A DNA stretch of 32,333 nt from Candidatus Micrarchaeota archaeon (GTDB taxonomy: Archaea > B1Sed10-29 > WALL01 > WAMD01): contig JALWQZ010000002.1 of assembly GCA_027077895.1 (NCBI GenBank), forward strand, positions 1 through 32,333, in the 5' to 3' direction. This document shows, piece by piece, positions 24,720-32,333 of this stretch. The notes under the pieces are model-generated. The model was not told where the DNA came from, searched no databases, and worked only from the letters and a program-made list of their open reading frames with translations. Numbering within the stretch: the first letter of the stretch is position 1; every line of letters starts with the position of its first letter. Both the position numbers and the translations under genes were made by a program.

Positions 24720-25605
24720 CAAGATACTAAACGGTTGGGTTGTAGTGGACAAACCCCTAGGCCCTAGTTCTCATGAGGTGACCGTATGGGTAAAGGAGAT
24801 ACTGGGCGCTAAGAAGGCAGGACACGCAGGGACGTTGGACCCAAATGCATCAGGTGTACTGCCAATTGCAATAGGGAAAGCAACAAAACTTCTTAAAGCA
24901 TTATCTAAATCCGACAAGGAGTACATTGCAGTGGCAAAGTTCGAGAACCCTGTTGATGAGGAGGAACTAAAAAAGATTGCCTCTGAATTCGTCGGCAAGA
25001 TATGGCAAATACCCCCAGAAATGTCCGCTGTCAAAAGGCGGCTCAGAGTGAGAAAGGTGTACTCCATTGAATTTCTAGAATTCAAATCAGACCTAGTCCT
25101 ATTCAAAACCCATGTACAACATGGCACTTACATAAGAAAACTAATACAAGACTGGGGAGAACTGATGGGGAATCCTGGAGGGATGGTTGAACTGAGAAGA
25201 ATTAGAAGTGGTCCATTCGACATAAAACAAGCCGTAATTTTACAGGACCTAAAGGACGCAACGGTTTTCTATGAACAAGGTGTATCAAAAGAACTAGAAA
25301 AAATAATCCTGCCAATGGAGGCCGGAGTCTCTCACCTAAAAAGGATAACCGTGTCTGACTCTGCAGTATCAGCACTATGCTATGGGGCAAACCTAGCCAG
25401 ACCCGGTGTAGAAAAAGTGGACAAAGACATAAACAAAAACGACCTAGTGGCAGTCTTCACAAAGCGGGGAGAACTAATTGGACTGGGAAATGCATTGATG
25501 AACTCAAAACAGATCATGTCCGCAAAAAAGGGGTTTGTTGTAGACATGAACACGGTTGTTATGCCCAGGGATAAGTACCCTAGAGCGTGGAAAACTAGGA
25601 AATGA
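24709..25605 (+). CDS. cbf5: tRNA/rRNA pseudouridine synthase Cbf5 (TruB family with C-terminal PUA domain), N-terminally short
   Basis: 'VVVDKPLGPSSHEV', the catalytic 'AGHAGTLDPNASGVLPIAIG', 'QIPPEMSAVKR' and PUA 'ITVSDSAVSALCYGANL...VAVFTKRGELIGLGNAL'. It has a TTG/GTG start overlapping the rpl14e end. Confidence 0.92.
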   Translation: MVPDKILNGWVVVDKPLGPSSHEVTVWVKEILGAKKAGHAGTLDPNASGVLPIAIGKATKLLKALSKSDKEYIAVAKFENPVDEEELKKIASEFVGKIWQIPPEMSAVKRRLRVRKVYSIEFLEFKSDLVLFKTHVQHGTYIRKLIQDWGELMGNPGGMVELRRIRSGPFDIKQAVILQDLKDATVFYEQGVSKELEKIILPMEAGVSHLKRITVSDSAVSALCYGANLARPGVEKVDKDINKNDLVAVFTKRGELIGLGNALMNSKQIMSAKKGFVVDMNTVVMPRDKYPRAWKTRK

Positions 25606-25634
25606 TTTTTAAATAGAATGCACTTAACCAAATC

Positions 25635-26174
25635 ATGGAAAAATGGAGGTTCTACGAAAGACAGAGGCTCTCGAAAAGAATGAATATTGTGCCTGATGCA
25701 AAGGTGATTGATAGACGAAACCAGGAATGGTCAACTAGCACTAGGAGTGTAGAGGAAGCATTGAAAAAACCAGACGAAGACGTCAGAGTGACCGCAGTTG
25801 GAACACTCAAAGACAAGGTGATCAATGGGAAGATAAAACTAAGACCTGAACAATTACGTCAAATAAATAAACATTATGAGAGCGAGAGATCGAGTGAAGT
25901 AAAAAAACAAATACTCTTGTTGAACGCACATGTAGGTAATATTGATTTTGTAAATGAGAAGTTGGTAAAAGAAAAAGACAGGAACGTGGTAAAATCAGTG
26001 TTACTGCAACTAGGAGACGCTAAACACCCAGAGATGAATAGGATTGCGTCTCATGTAATAAACAAGCGGAACGAAGAGGACGTAATCAAAACGGCAGTAA
26101 AATCAATGAGACTAGTGAGGGGCCCACACAAGCCAAGATTCAGGGTTAAACAGGTAATAAAGCCCATACCGTGA
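25635..26174 (+). CDS. Hypothetical protein with HEAT-like helical repeats
   Basis: A recurring pattern appears three times: 'EDVRVTAVGTL', 'DRNVVKSVLLQLGD' and 'EEDVIKTAVKSM'. The TATA-like TTTTTAAATA lies about 20 nt upstream. No catalytic motif was recognised. Confidence 0.6.
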   Translation: MEKWRFYERQRLSKRMNIVPDAKVIDRRNQEWSTSTRSVEEALKKPDEDVRVTAVGTLKDKVINGKIKLRPEQLRQINKHYESERSSEVKKQILLLNAHVGNIDFVNEKLVKEKDRNVVKSVLLQLGDAKHPEMNRIASHVINKRNEEDVIKTAVKSMRLVRGPHKPRFRVKQVIKPIP

Positions 26175-26782
26175 GGCTAATGGTATTCAGACACTATTTC
26201 TCAGAGGAACCAGTAGAGAGGCCAAAGAAGAGAGAGATAGATGTATTTGTTAGGGGATACTCCCTAAAATTGATTACATACTCAGGGATATTCTCATATA
26301 GACAAATAGACAAGGGAACGAAACTGCTCGCGGAAAACATGATTATACCTGACTCTGGGAAATTTTTAGATCTAGGGTGTGGGTACGGTGTGCTAGGAAT
26401 CATTGCAGGTTTATCAAACCCAAACCTAGACATTTGGTTTATAGACATCAACAAACTAGCAATAAGTGCAACAAAACAGAACGCAAAGAGGTACCTAGAC
26501 AGGTCAAGGTTTAGAATAAAACGGAATGATGGACTGTCTGGGATAGAAGAGACGTTCAAAGCAATTGTCAGTAACCCTCCATACACAGCGGGAAAAAGAG
26601 TGGTGTTCAAGTTTGTATCCGAGAGTTATAAACATTTAGAAACCGGTGGCTGGCTAGAGATGGTCGGTAGGAAAAGCAAGGGTGGAAGAAGTTTAAAGGA
26701 AGAAATGGAGAGGACATTTGGTAATGTAGAGGTCATAGCAAGGGGCTCAGGTTATCAGGTTTATCATAGCGTAAAAGAGTGA
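26171..26782 (+). CDS. RsmC/RsmD-like class I SAM methyltransferase (MTS domain, NPPY motif; MJ0882-like)
   Basis: 'HYFSEEP' N-terminus, motif I 'FLDLGCGYGVLGI' and motif IV 'IVSNPPY'. The GTG start overlaps the upstream stop as GTGA; ATG at 26180 is an alternative. Confidence 0.85.
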   Translation: MRLMVFRHYFSEEPVERPKKREIDVFVRGYSLKLITYSGIFSYRQIDKGTKLLAENMIIPDSGKFLDLGCGYGVLGIIAGLSNPNLDIWFIDINKLAISATKQNAKRYLDRSRFRIKRNDGLSGIEETFKAIVSNPPYTAGKRVVFKFVSESYKHLETGGWLEMVGRKSKGGRSLKEEMERTFGNVEVIARGSGYQVYHSVKE

Positions 26783-26783
26783 A

Positions 26784-26792
26784 TATTTAAAT
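26784..26792 (+). promoter_or_regulatory. TATA-like box (TATTTAAAT) for tRNA-Ser
   Basis: It ends 26 nt upstream of the tRNA 5' end. Confidence 0.45.
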
Positions 26793-26818
26793 GTGAAGGT
26801 GGATATAACTATGCCTGT

Positions 26819-26901
26819 GCTGGGGTCGCCTAGCCTGGTAGGGCGCTGGCCTGCTAAGCCAGTGGGCTCCGCCCACGCGGGTTCGAATCCCGCCCCCAGC
26901 G
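26819..26901 (+). tRNA. tRNA-Ser (anticodon GCU)
   Basis: Acceptor GCTGGGG/CCCCAGC, anticodon arm CTGGC-CTGCTAA-GCCAG, long variable arm TGGGCTCCGCCCAC, T arm GCGGG-TTCGAAT-CCCGC. Confidence 0.95.
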
Positions 26902-26964
26902 TTTGTCACTCATTCTAGTGTCAAAAACAAAACCATTTAATTGAGTATTGTGTGGAATTAGTAT

Positions 26965-28008
26965 ATGCCAACTTCCGGGAAAACAAGAGAAGTAAAGAGT
27001 ATAATACTAAACGCAATACGCAGAGAGTATGGGGGATTGAAGGAACTTAGAGGCCTCCCTGGGAGAGAAGCAATCAAAAGGATTTCCGCAGCACTAAACG
27101 AAGATGAAGTCGCAAGGATAAGGGATAACGGCATAACATGGAGTTCACTTGAGAGGATATTGTCTTCTATAACAAAGAATCACAGCATAAACAAGGCAGA
27201 ACTCAGAGACTACTACAACAGAGGAAGGCATAAACCAGTCAGTGCAATTGATGCAATAATGATGGAGTGGGAAAAACATCAAAGTACAAAAACACAAGGA
27301 AACGAGAGGAAAACAGAGGTATATAACGACTGGGTGGAACTAACAGATAAACTAAGAACAAAGTACAAGAGGATAAGCGAACCAGAACTGATTATAGAGA
27401 TTGCAAAATCAGGAAAACACAAAACATTGGGAGAAACAGAGTTAATACAGTTAATACTAAGCATGAAAAGAGATTTGGGTGTAGATAGTGCTGACAGATA
27501 TACTGCCATGGCAATAAAGAGATTAGCAGAAAGAGGGGTCATGCCAACCGAAGAGAATGTGGAAAAATTAGAACGGGTAATAGATACAACTTCAGAAATC
27601 AAGGTGAGGAGGAAATTACTAGAAGTTGTTAGATACCACATAAGAAGCAAATACAAGAACCTAATCACCGATATAAAAAAGGTCATCCACGAGGATATAC
27701 CAAAGAACCACCAAATAGCAAGAGCAATATACAAAAAGGGTTATCACAAAAAACTCAGCAAGGAGGAATTGCACAAGATCTTGAGATACGCATTTAACAA
27801 GCACAAAAGAGTGTCCAGAGAAAATATCATTGCTGCAATCGAGGGTGCAGAACACATAGGGAAATGGCCTGAAAACGAAGAGGAAATAGAACAAGCACTG
27901 TCAAATCTCAAATATAGAAGAAAACAGATTGGTGTTATAAGGAAAATATTCAAGGCGAGTTTATCAGAGAAAGGAAACAAATATTTTAGAACAAAGCGCA
28001 AAATATAG
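26965..28008 (+). CDS. Hypothetical basic alpha-helical protein with internal ~60-aa repeats
   Basis: It is a long clean ORF with an A/T-rich box about 25 nt upstream. Its stop lies 1 nt before the kae1 ATG. Repeat example: 'IAKSGKHKTLGETELIQLILSMKRD...IKRLAERGVMPTEENVEKL' versus 'IYKKGYHKKLSKEELHKILRYAFNK...IEGAEHIGKWPENEEEIEQAL'. No known family was recognised. Confidence 0.65.
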   Translation: MPTSGKTREVKSIILNAIRREYGGLKELRGLPGREAIKRISAALNEDEVARIRDNGITWSSLERILSSITKNHSINKAELRDYYNRGRHKPVSAIDAIMMEWEKHQSTKTQGNERKTEVYNDWVELTDKLRTKYKRISEPELIIEIAKSGKHKTLGETELIQLILSMKRDLGVDSADRYTAMAIKRLAERGVMPTEENVEKLERVIDTTSEIKVRRKLLEVVRYHIRSKYKNLITDIKKVIHEDIPKNHQIARAIYKKGYHKKLSKEELHKILRYAFNKHKRVSRENIIAAIEGAEHIGKWPENEEEIEQALSNLKYRRKQIGVIRKIFKASLSEKGNKYFRTKRKI

Positions 28009-28009
28009 T

Positions 28010-28978
28010 ATGATTGTTTTAGGGATAGAGTCAACAGCACATACATTTGGAGTAGGAATAACAGACGGAAAAAAAGAACTCGCCAATGAGAAGGTAACTT
28101 ATAAGACAACTGGAGGTATACACCCTAGAGAAGCCAGCCAGTTTATGGGGAAAAACGCTCATGTAGTTCTTGAGAATGCTTTAGAAAGTGCCGGGCTCAA
28201 TATAAAAGATATTGATGGAATAGCATTCGCAAGAGGACCAGGGCTTGGTCCATGCCTCAGAGTAGGGGGAACAATGGCACTCTTCCTAGCAAAACACTAT
28301 AATAAACCAATAGTTGGAGTAAACCACTGTGTTGCGCATATTGAAGTAGGCAAGTGGGAACTTGGTTACAAGGATCCGCTTGTCGTGTACGTGTCTGGCG
28401 CAAATACTCAAATTCTTGGTTTAGCAGGCGGAAGATACAGGATATTTGGTGAAACACTAGATATTGGTCTCGGGAATGCAATCGACGTCCTAGGTCGAAG
28501 TTTAGGCTTAGAATTCCCAGCGGGCCCAAAGATAGAATCCTTAGCCAGGAATGGCAAAAGACTAGTAGAACTGCCATACACTGTAAAGGGGATGGATTTA
28601 ACGTTCTCAGGTCTACTGACTGCAGCAAAGAAATTGGTTGGAAAAGAGACACCAGAGAACATAGCGTTCTCCTTCCAGGAGACTATATTTGCAATGCTCG
28701 TTGAGGTGAGTGAGAGAGCGCTGGCACACACAAAGAAAAGAGAAGTCCTTTTAGTTGGGGGAGTGGCTCAGAACAAAAGGTTAAGAGAAATGTTTGAGAA
28801 AATGGTGAAGCCGCACAACGCTAAGTTTGGTTCGCCAAAGCCTGAGTACAATGGCGACAATGGATTCATGATTGCGTTAACAGGATGGAAGATGTTAAAT
28901 TCTGGTATTGCGCATGACAAAGGCAAACTAAATGTTTTGCAGGACTGGAGGACTAATCAAATAGAGATTAGATGGTAA
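28010..28978 (+). CDS. kae1: tRNA N6-adenosine threonylcarbamoyltransferase Kae1 (KEOPS catalytic subunit), not fused to Bud32
   Basis: 'VLGIESTAHTFGVGI', 'GGIHPREA', metal site 'VNHCVAHIE', 'GGVAQNKRLREM' and 'YNGDNGFMIA'. Confidence 0.93.
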   Translation: MIVLGIESTAHTFGVGITDGKKELANEKVTYKTTGGIHPREASQFMGKNAHVVLENALESAGLNIKDIDGIAFARGPGLGPCLRVGGTMALFLAKHYNKPIVGVNHCVAHIEVGKWELGYKDPLVVYVSGANTQILGLAGGRYRIFGETLDIGLGNAIDVLGRSLGLEFPAGPKIESLARNGKRLVELPYTVKGMDLTFSGLLTAAKKLVGKETPENIAFSFQETIFAMLVEVSERALAHTKKREVLLVGGVAQNKRLREMFEKMVKPHNAKFGSPKPEYNGDNGFMIALTGWKMLNSGIAHDKGKLNVLQDWRTNQIEIRW

Positions 28979-29053
28979 AACATATGTATTAAAATAGGCC
29001 GCGACATAATTACAGGGATCAAAATATCAAACAAGAACTAGAAAGTGTCAAAA

Positions 29054-30322
29054 ATGAAGGTATACTTGATAGATGGCAGACCAGAAGACAAGATGAGGAA
29101 GATAATTGGAGTTCACAACTTTAAGAACTACATTCTAGAAATAACCAATGTCCCAACAAAGAAAAGGAGTTTCGGCGTTGGGTACATAATATTCAAAAAT
29201 AGATTCCCAGAGGATTTGTGGAGGGGAACGACCCTCGCGATAGAGCACTACATACTAAACTATTTCTACAAGAAGATGAAAAAGGAGGGTGTCAACTGGA
29301 TAAATTTCCAAAGACCGACATCCGCGTTGGTTGCAAGGTCAGGCATAAACATAGATAAGGATAGAACAAGGATACGTCTTATGTTCCACTTCAAGACCCC
29401 ACTGAAACAAAAGAGAATAAATGGAAAAGTCATGGCAAAGGTGTTTGAGAGTCTAATCCCTAAATTAATAACAGAGATGTATAGGATAGACGAGGAAAGA
29501 TATAAGTACCTAAAATGGATAAAGGATGAACTTGATACTCAAATGGAGATCAGGGAATACCTAGCAGAGAACGGGTATCTAGCCTTCATAAGAAAAGGCG
29601 TGAAAATAAATGGGACAGAAGTGAAGATAAGAAAACCAGACAAACTACACACCCAAAACTCTGGGACCATTGAAGGCCTCCTTATACCAGAAGGGAGAAC
29701 AAGACTATCGGGATTTGGTATTGAAATTTTAGACCTGCTGGCAAAGGGGTATTCGTGCTACAAGCCAGACACAAATTATGCGTACGTAAAAACGATTAGG
29801 GATTTGGCGTGGGTACAGAGAGGGGAGGAGAGCCTAGCCAGTTACTCTGATCTACAAGGTGTCCTAGGTACAGACGACCTAGAGTATCCAAATGTGATAT
29901 CACTTGAAAACCTTTCCAGCGCATCAAAACTAATATTTTACAAAGAAGGTACCATCAGACACGAAGAACTATTATCACAGAGGGTCAACAAACCCAAAGC
30001 CAAGGAGGTCATAATCAAAAAAAGGATACCAAAGGTGAAACTGTCTCACGACGGAATTGAATTCGGTGGGACAAATATGAAACTATCGTATGCCTACTCC
30101 ACCGGTTTGATAGAGAGGAATCAATTAAGAGGGGTGGTGGATGCTATAAATTTCTCACAGAAATATGTAAATGGGGACCTGGACATAAAGGGTGTATTCA
30201 CAAGGGCAATAAGAGTAATAAACAAGAGGGGGTTCTCTGCGCTAGGTCTCGGTTTTTACACAGAATTTACAAGGTGGCAGTACTTCTACTTAATGAATAA
30301 ACTAATTCAAGCAAATCCATAG
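29054..30322 (+). CDS. Hypothetical protein (about 422 aa), unknown function; co-transcribed with the membrane pyrophosphatase
   Basis: It is a clean ORF (the track starts it at the GTG at 29045). The stop TAG at 30320-30322 overlaps the SD GGAGGTGG of the next gene. I found no Walker A/B, no TM helices and no motifs I can assign with confidence. Confidence 0.65.
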   Translation: MKVYLIDGRPEDKMRKIIGVHNFKNYILEITNVPTKKRSFGVGYIIFKNRFPEDLWRGTTLAIEHYILNYFYKKMKKEGVNWINFQRPTSALVARSGINIDKDRTRIRLMFHFKTPLKQKRINGKVMAKVFESLIPKLITEMYRIDEERYKYLKWIKDELDTQMEIREYLAENGYLAFIRKGVKINGTEVKIRKPDKLHTQNSGTIEGLLIPEGRTRLSGFGIEILDLLAKGYSCYKPDTNYAYVKTIRDLAWVQRGEESLASYSDLQGVLGTDDLEYPNVISLENLSSASKLIFYKEGTIRHEELLSQRVNKPKAKEVIIKKRIPKVKLSHDGIEFGGTNMKLSYAYSTGLIERNQLRGVVDAINFSQKYVNGDLDIKGVFTRAIRVINKRGFSALGLGFYTEFTRWQYFYLMNKLIQANP

Positions 30323-30333
30323 GAGGTGGATTA

Positions 30334-32333
30334 ATGAATTGGGAGGTATACCTGGCAATAATATCCAGTGCGCTAGCCATACTATATGCTGGATATGTTG
30401 CATACAAGATTTCCAAAATAAAAGTAAAGAAGGCACAAGTTGAAGAAATACACAAGGCAATAAAAGACGGTGCTAGGGCGTATCTTAAAAGTGAGTACAC
30501 AGTTATTGCAGTGTTTATAGTATCAATGGCAGTAATATTGGGTCTAGCCGTCAGTTGGTGGAGTGCTCTAGCCTTCGTTATAGGTGCAACACTCTCTGCA
30601 AGCGCAGGGTATTTCGGGATGGAAATTGCAACCACAGCAAATGCAAGAACAGCAGAAGCAGCAGAAAAGAGTTTGAACTCTGCACTGAGGACGGCGTTCT
30701 CTGCCGGCTCAGTTATGGGGATGACAGTCGTCGGTCTTGGCCTACTAGGACTTTCTCTAGTGCTCTTGTTGTTAACAGGGGAGGTTGGGCTAAAGCAAGC
30801 AACGGATCTCATAATAGGATTCGGGTTTGGTGCTAGTTCAATTGCCCTGTTTGCTAGAGTTGGTGGTGGCATATATACAAAAGGTGCAGACGTTGGTGCA
30901 GACCTAGTTGGGAAGATAGAGGCAGGGATACCAGAGGATGATCCAAGAAACCCGGCAGCAATAGCAGATAATGTCGGCGACAATGTAGGAGACGTAGCAG
31001 GTATGGGTGCAGACCTATTTGAATCATACGTTGGAAGCCTTATAGCAGCCATGGCACTAGGGTTCGTTGTCCTAGGTGTAAAGGGGGTTATGATACCTCT
31101 AGGCGTCGCAGGATTGGGGATCCTATCGTCACTGGCAGGAACGTACTTCGTTAGGACCAAAGAAGAGATAAAGATGTCTAACCTTCTGTGGGCTCTGAGG
31201 AAAGGAACAATATCTGCGGCGATCCTGTTGGTGATTTTGACGTTCATATACCTAGTGTACGGTATACCCGGAGGATTGGACATATTCCTAGCAATAGCCT
31301 CAGGTCTAGTGGCAGGGATAATCATAGGGTACACAACAGAGTATTATACAAGTGAAGATTATCCAGACACCAAATTCATAGCAGAGTCAAGCCAAACAGG
31401 AGCAGCGACAAACATAATTGCAGGTATATCTGTGGGAATGAAATCAACCACGATACCTGTTCTCACAATAGCAGGAGCAATACTCGCAGCCTATTACTTC
31501 GCAGGCTTATACGGGATAGCAATTGCAGCAGTTGGGATGCTGTCAACTCTTGGGATAACCTTGTCGACGGACGCTTATGGGCCTGTAGCAGACAACGCTG
31601 GAGGAATAGCAGAGATGGCAGGTCTCTCAAAACAGACAAGAAAAAGGACAGACGCCCTAGACTCTCTAGGAAACACAACTGCCGCAGTTGGCAAGGGGTT
31701 CGCAATAGGATCTGCGGCATTGACTGCGCTGTCTCTAATATCTGCTTATGTAGAAGCAGCAAAGATACATCCAAGCCAACTATCCATAGCCAACCCGCTC
31801 GTTCTAGTGGGTATATTCATAGGCGCAGGACTTCCATTCCTATTCTCAGCGATGACAATGAGAGCAGTTGGTAGAACAGCAGAGAAGATGGTAGAGGAGG
31901 TAAGAAGGCAGTTCAAAAGCATAAAGGGTATACTAGAAGGAAAGGCAAGGCCAGATTACACAAAATGTGTCGAGATATCAACAAGGCATGCGCTAAAAGA
32001 GATGGTCGCCCCAGGTGTTCTAGCCATAGTGACTCCGTTGCTAGTTGGGTTCGTACTAGGGCCCCTCGCTCTAGGTGGACTTCTAGTTGGAGCAACAGCG
32101 ACCGGGTTCGTCCTAGCGGTGTTCATGGCAAACGCAGGGGGTGCATGGGATAACGCAAAGAAGTACATAGAGTCAGGGCATCTAGGTGGGAAGGGAAGTG
32201 ATACACAAAGAGCGGCAATAGTAGGAGACACAGTAGGAGATCCATTCAAGGACACAAGCGGACCAAGTTTGAACATTCTAATAAAACTAATGAGTATGGT
32301 GTCCCTAGTATTTGCCCCACTAATAATTGCCAT
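30334..32333 (+). CDS. hppA: Membrane-integral pyrophosphate-energised cation pump (H+/Na+-PPase), K+-dependent-type signature; 3'-partial
   Basis: I translated this by hand. It is an uninterrupted + frame from the ATG at 30334 to the window end (666 codons) and is absent from the ORF track because no stop lies in the window. Signatures: '[56 protein letters not shown]', '[16 protein letters not shown]', '[21 protein letters not shown]' and '[12 protein letters not shown]...[24 protein letters not shown]'. Confidence 0.93.
   Translation, partial: MNWEVYLAIISSALAILYAGYVAYKISKIKVKKAQVEEIHKAIKDGARAYLKSEYTVIAVFIVSMAVILGLAVSWWSALAFVIGATLSASAGYFGMEIATTANARTAEAAEKSLNSALRTAFSAGSVMGMTVVGLGLLGLSLVLLLLTGEVGLKQATDLIIGFGFGASSIALFARVGGGIYTKGADVGADLVGKIEAGIPEDDPRNPAAIADNVGDNVGDVAGMGADLFESYVGSLIAAMALGFVVLGVKGVMIPLGVAGLGILSSLAGTYFVRTKEEIKMSNLLWALRKGTISAAILLVILTFIYLVYGIPGGLDIFLAIASGLVAGIIIGYTTEYYTSEDYPDTKFIAESSQTGAATNIIAGISVGMKSTTIPVLTIAGAILAAYYFAGLYGIAIAAVGMLSTLGITLSTDAYGPVADNAGGIAEMAGLSKQTRKRTDALDSLGNTTAAVGKGFAIGSAALTALSLISAYVEAAKIHPSQLSIANPLVLVGIFIGAGLPFLFSAMTMRAVGRTAEKMVEEVRRQFKSIKGILEGKARPDYTKCVEISTRHALKEMVAPGVLAIVTPLLVGFVLGPLALGGLLVGATATGFVLAVFMANAGGAWDNAKKYIESGHLGGKGSDTQRAAIVGDTVGDPFKDTSGPSLNILIKLMSMVSLVFAPLIIA

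Noticed and set aside
30267-31334. 355-aa minus-strand ORF, the longest ORF listed in this region
   Set aside because: It lies exactly antisense to a + frame carrying all membrane-PPase signature motifs. Its translation is low-complexity (Ala/Pro/Ser/Thr/Ile-rich) with no recognisable motif, so it is a classic shadow ORF. The same applies to 31463..31774 and 31956..32333 on the minus strand.
1-32333. CRISPR arrays, transposases/IS elements, integrases, prophage or toxin-antitoxin/defence modules
   Set aside because: I saw no spaced direct-repeat array, no terminal inverted repeats flanking an ORF, and no recombinase- or nuclease-like ORFs. tRNA genes are potential integration sites, but their flanks here are ordinary housekeeping genes.

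Overview
An AT-rich archaeal chromosomal segment, almost all on the + strand. Gene content and layout suggest a small-genome (DPANN-like) archaeon, but this is inference. The core (11147-24719) is the canonical archaeal ribosomal-protein supercluster: L3-L4-L23-L2-S19-L22-S3-L29-aSUI1-Rpp29-S17-L14-L24-S4e-L5-S14-S8-L6-L32e-L19e-L18-S5-L30-L15-SecY, then a DUF106/Oxa1-like insertase, L14e and Cbf5. The adk, cmk and L34e genes that usually lie between secY and L14e in archaea are absent. Upstream lie a 5'-partial sequon-rich surface protein, a crenarchaeal-type OB-fold SSB (minus strand), tRNA-Thr, a lipobox DJ-1/PfpI protein, an intron-containing tRNA-Tyr and a SAM methyltransferase split by a frame change at an A7 run. 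They are followed by a PAP2 phosphatase, a tightly coupled mscS / P3A-type P-type ATPase / RuBisCO (form II/III-like) string, and tRNA-Asp. Downstream lie a HEAT-like protein overlapping an NPPY methyltransferase, tRNA-Ser, a repeat-containing 347-aa unknown protein abutting kae1 (no bud32), and a 425-aa unknown protein translationally coupled to a membrane pyrophosphatase. The pyrophosphatase gene runs off the 3' edge on the + strand and is missing from the supplied ORF track; the long minus-strand ORFs there are antisense shadows. I saw no CRISPR array, transposase, integrase or obvious defence genes. The best candidates for something undescribed are two promoter-preceded GC-rich non-coding blocks upstream of rpl3 and the two unknown proteins coupled to kae1 and hppA. 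The mscS-ATPase-RuBisCO unit is a further candidate. Many track ORF starts are GTG codons lying inside the GGTGAT Shine-Dalgarno motif, and I corrected these.
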